DNA of 64,000 bases from an uncultured Acidobacteriota bacterium (GTDB lineage: Bacteria > Acidobacteriota > Thermoanaerobaculia > UBA5066 > Gp7-AA6): positions 663,504 through 727,503 of the forward strand of contig CAWJYL010000002.1 of the NCBI GenBank assembly GCA_963847075.1, written 5' to 3'. A program made the position numbers and the translations under genes. This document shows, one piece after another, positions 63,368 to 64,000 of the stretch. How positions within the stretch are numbered: position 1 is the stretch's first letter; each line of letters begins with the position of its first letter. The notes beneath the pieces were generated by a model. It ran no database searches, was not told the origin of the DNA, and worked only from the letters and a program-made list of their open reading frames with translations.

Positions 63368-64000
63368 ATGCGAAAGTCCCTTCTGTCCGTCTCTCTGGTC
63401 GCCGCCCTTTTCGCCCTGGGGCTCGCCGAGCCGAAGTTTGAGATCCTGGTTTTTGGAGCCGCGAGCCTGACCGAATCCCTCACGGACCTCGGCAAGGCGT
63501 ACGAGGCAAGGACGGGAACGAAGATCGTCTTCTCTTTCGGCGCATCGAGCGACCTCGCGCGGCAAATCCAGGCCGGCGCGCCGGCGGACGCTTTCTTCTC
63601 GGCCGACACGGCAAAGATGGACGTGCTGGAAAAGGCGGGACTCGTCAGGGCCGCCGGCCGCCGTGAGCTCCTTTCCAACAGCCTCGTGGTCGTCGTCCCG
63701 TCCGACTCGACTCTCCGGATCCGGACGGCGGACGACCTCGCAAACCTGCCCAGGATCGCACTCGCGGATCCGGCCTCGGTGCCGGCCGGCATCTACGCGA
63801 AGAAGTGGCTCACCGGTCTCGGCCTCTGGGACAGGGTCGAGCCGAAGGTCGTCCCCACGCTCGATGTCCGGGCCGCGCTGGCGGCGGTCGAGAGCGGTGC
63901 CATCCCGGCCGCGGTGGTCTACAGCACCGACGCCGCGGTCGCGAAGTCCGCGCGCGTCGCCTTCCGGGTCACGAACGGTCCGGACATCGTCTACTCGGTT
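63368..64000 (+). CDS. modA: molybdate ABC transporter substrate-binding protein (3' partial)
   Basis: AAGGAGAGG precedes the ATG. It has a signal peptide, and ...FGAASLTESL...IVFSFGASSDLARQI... is ModA-like. Confidence 0.85.
   Translation, partial: MRKSLLSVSLVAALFALGLAEPKFEILVFGAASLTESLTDLGKAYEARTGTKIVFSFGASSDLARQIQAGAPADAFFSADTAKMDVLEKAGLVRAAGRRELLSNSLVVVVPSDSTLRIRTADDLANLPRIALADPASVPAGIYAKKWLTGLGLWDRVEPKVVPTLDVRAALAAVESGAIPAAVVYSTDAAVAKSARVAFRVTNGPDIVYSV

Overview
This is a GC-rich (about 68-70%) bacterial chromosomal segment. Gene content suggests an Acidobacteria-like organism, but this cannot be verified from sequence alone.

Coding content, all called from ORF translations and hand-checked motifs:
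- Partial ClC chloride channel at the 5' edge.
- Two tRNAs: tRNA-Met/Ile2(CAT) at 1020-1096 and tRNA-Thr(CGT) at 57751-57826.
- Three eukaryotic-type Ser/Thr protein kinases. Two are paralogs with TolB-like beta-propeller C-termini; the third is a zinc-ribbon + kinase + polytopic-membrane fusion.
- A GT2 glycosyltransferase, an AlkP-superfamily phosphodiesterase, an SMP-30/gluconolactonase-like protein, and two secreted repeat proteins (beta-helix and DUF11) with IPTL-CTERM-like tails.
- A metzincin-type metalloprotease, a frameshifted ADOP/FtsX-family permease, a VOC protein and an EamA transporter.
- The conserved tilS-hpt-ftsH block, a DinB/SnoaL/DUF1761/GNAT accessory cluster, and folP-cdaA-cdaR-glmM-HAD.
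- An HdeD-like membrane protein, ligA, an M1 aminopeptidase operon, a YdjM-like hydrolase, an SDR oxidoreductase, a degenerate-receiver REC-PilZ protein and a dCMP deaminase.
- A translationally coupled fabF-like KS / Cys->Gln CLF-like KS / hotdog thioesterase / two membrane proteins operon, next to an FHA-Fis regulator.
- fhs, smc, a kelch/galactose-oxidase-like secreted protein, an HI0933-like flavoprotein, and an OprO/P-like porin plus ModE-like regulator plus modA (3' partial).

Main structural observations:
- Both tRNAs are followed by direct repeats of their own 3' halves, an att-like signature. These bound a ~9 kb + ~2 kb composite island after tRNA-Met and a ~2.4 kb island after tRNA-Thr. 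Neither carries an integrase.
- The two paralogous kinases have ATG starts inside the glycine-rich loop and share a highly conserved non-coding leader.
- The KS/CLF(Q)/thioesterase/membrane operon is compact and unusual.

No CRISPR arrays, rRNA genes or intact transposases were seen.
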